DNA of 64,000 nucleotides from an uncultured delta proteobacterium (GTDB lineage Bacteria; Desulfobacterota; Binatia; UBA9968): contig CAWDPO010000046.1 of the NCBI GenBank assembly GCA_963804165.1, positions 160,001-224,000 on the forward strand, written 5' to 3'. Under the pieces are notes generated by a model. It saw only the letters and a list, made by a program, of their open reading frames with translations, had not been told where the DNA came from and searched no databases. A program made the position numbers and the translations under genes. The first letter of the stretch is position 1; every line of letters begins with the position of its first letter. Of the stretch, positions 63,040 to 64,000 are shown piece by piece.

Positions 63040-64000
63040 CTACAGTAATTGGCCACCGGGCATGTGTGGGAAGGCGCTCATTTCATGCCCCGGATTTAAC
63101 GGTTCAACTCTATATAAATGGGCGCGGGTGAGTTGATCGAGGCGTGTGATGCCGAGCAGCGCCATGGCGGTAACGATTTCGGTTTCGAGGATTTGGAGAA
63201 CTCGTACCAAGCCCGCCTGACCGGCAGCGGCGAGGCCCCAACCCTGGAGCTTGCCGATGGCCACGGCGCGCGCGCCGTGGGCGACAGCTTTGAGTACGTC
63301 GCTGCCGCGAACGATACCGCCGTCGAGTAGGATCTCGGCCCGACCACCGACTGCGTCAACAATTTCCGGGAGCATGTCGATAGTCGCCCGACCGTGATCG
63401 AGCTGACGTCCGCCGTGATTGGAGATATAAATGGTGCTGACGCCGTGCTCCACCGCCAGGGCCGCGTCTTCGGCGGTGGCAACGCCTTTTAAAATGAACG
63501 GAAGCCCGGCCATCTCTTTGATTGCATCCAAGCTCTCCCACGTAAGGCCGGCGCGGTACTCGTAGCCGATTCCACGCCGGCTGGGCGGTAGCCAGCGATC
63601 CATCATCTGGCGCTCCCGCCGGCCGTAATGCGCGGTATCGACAGTGAGGCAGAGAGCCGAATAACCGGCATATTTAACCCGGGTGAGAAGACTCTCAACC
63701 CATTTTAAATCTCCCTGCACGTAGAGCTGAAAGATTTTCGGATTGCCGCTGGCCGCGGCAATCTCTTCGAGGCTCGGTTGGGTAACTGAGCTGACGAAGT
63801 TGACGGTGCCGAATTCTTCGGCCGCTTTGGCGACGGCAACGCCGCCCTCGGCTGTGATCGACTGCAATGAGCCGATGGGCGCAAGCATGACCGGGATTCT
63901 CAGTTTGTGGCCGAGGAATTGTGTTGAGCTGTCGATCTCTGCCACGGCAGCGAGCACCCGCGGGCGAAACGCAAAACCGTCGAGACCGTAACGATTGCGT
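63040..64000 (-). CDS. FMN-dependent alpha-hydroxy acid dehydrogenase (5' end outside the window)
   Basis: LAPIG, FQLY, LTVD, ILKG, SNHGGRQLD, DGGIVRGSD. Confidence 0.92.
   Translation of the reverse strand, partial: RNRYGLDGFAFRPRVLAAVAEIDSSTQFLGHKLRIPVMLAPIGSLQSITAEGGVAVAKAAEEFGTVNFVSSVTQPSLEEIAAASGNPKIFQLYVQGDLKWVESLLTRVKYAGYSALCLTVDTAHYGRRERQMMDRWLPPSRRGIGYEYRAGLTWESLDAIKEMAGLPFILKGVATAEDAALAVEHGVSTIYISNHGGRQLDHGRATIDMLPEIVDAVGGRAEILLDGGIVRGSDVLKAVAHGARAVAIGKLQGWGLAAAGQAGLVRVLQILETEIVTAMALLGITRLDQLTRAHLYRVEPLNPGHEMSAFPHMPGGQLL

Overview
GC-rich bacterial chromosome segment. The gene content (many NitT/TauT-type solute-binding proteins, deltaproteobacterial-type housekeeping order) suggests a Binatia/Deltaproteobacteria-like organism; this is inference. 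About 0-12 kb holds accessory and metabolic genes, including an IS701 remnant fused head-to-head with a truncated hybrid kinase, and acnA. About 12.7-42.9 kb is a clean core block: yebC-ruvCAB-DUF2905-NtrY-like kinase-[receiver::LpxC fusion]-DUF2203-queG, yceD-rpmF-plsX-fabD-fabG-acpP-rpiB-glyA-nrdR-ribD/E/BA/H-nusB-leuS-lptE, rpsT, tatC, hppA. About 42,977-60,799 is a ~17.8 kb integrative, phage-satellite-like island bounded by a 40-bp direct repeat equal to the 5' half of tRNA-Leu(UAA). It carries a tyrosine integrase, a P4-type primase-helicase with a likely origin, an HNH nuclease with a cos-like site, HicBA and a large SF1 helicase-Vsr nuclease. Strongest candidate new system: an NtrY-like sensor kinase coupled to a response-regulator receiver fused to catalytically intact LpxC, implying phosphorylation control of lipid A synthesis. 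Other notable points: integration that displaces the intact tRNA from its native promoter, a degenerate RibB domain in RibBA, and pseudo-proteases. Many single-base frameshifts, some in acnA, may be assembly errors.
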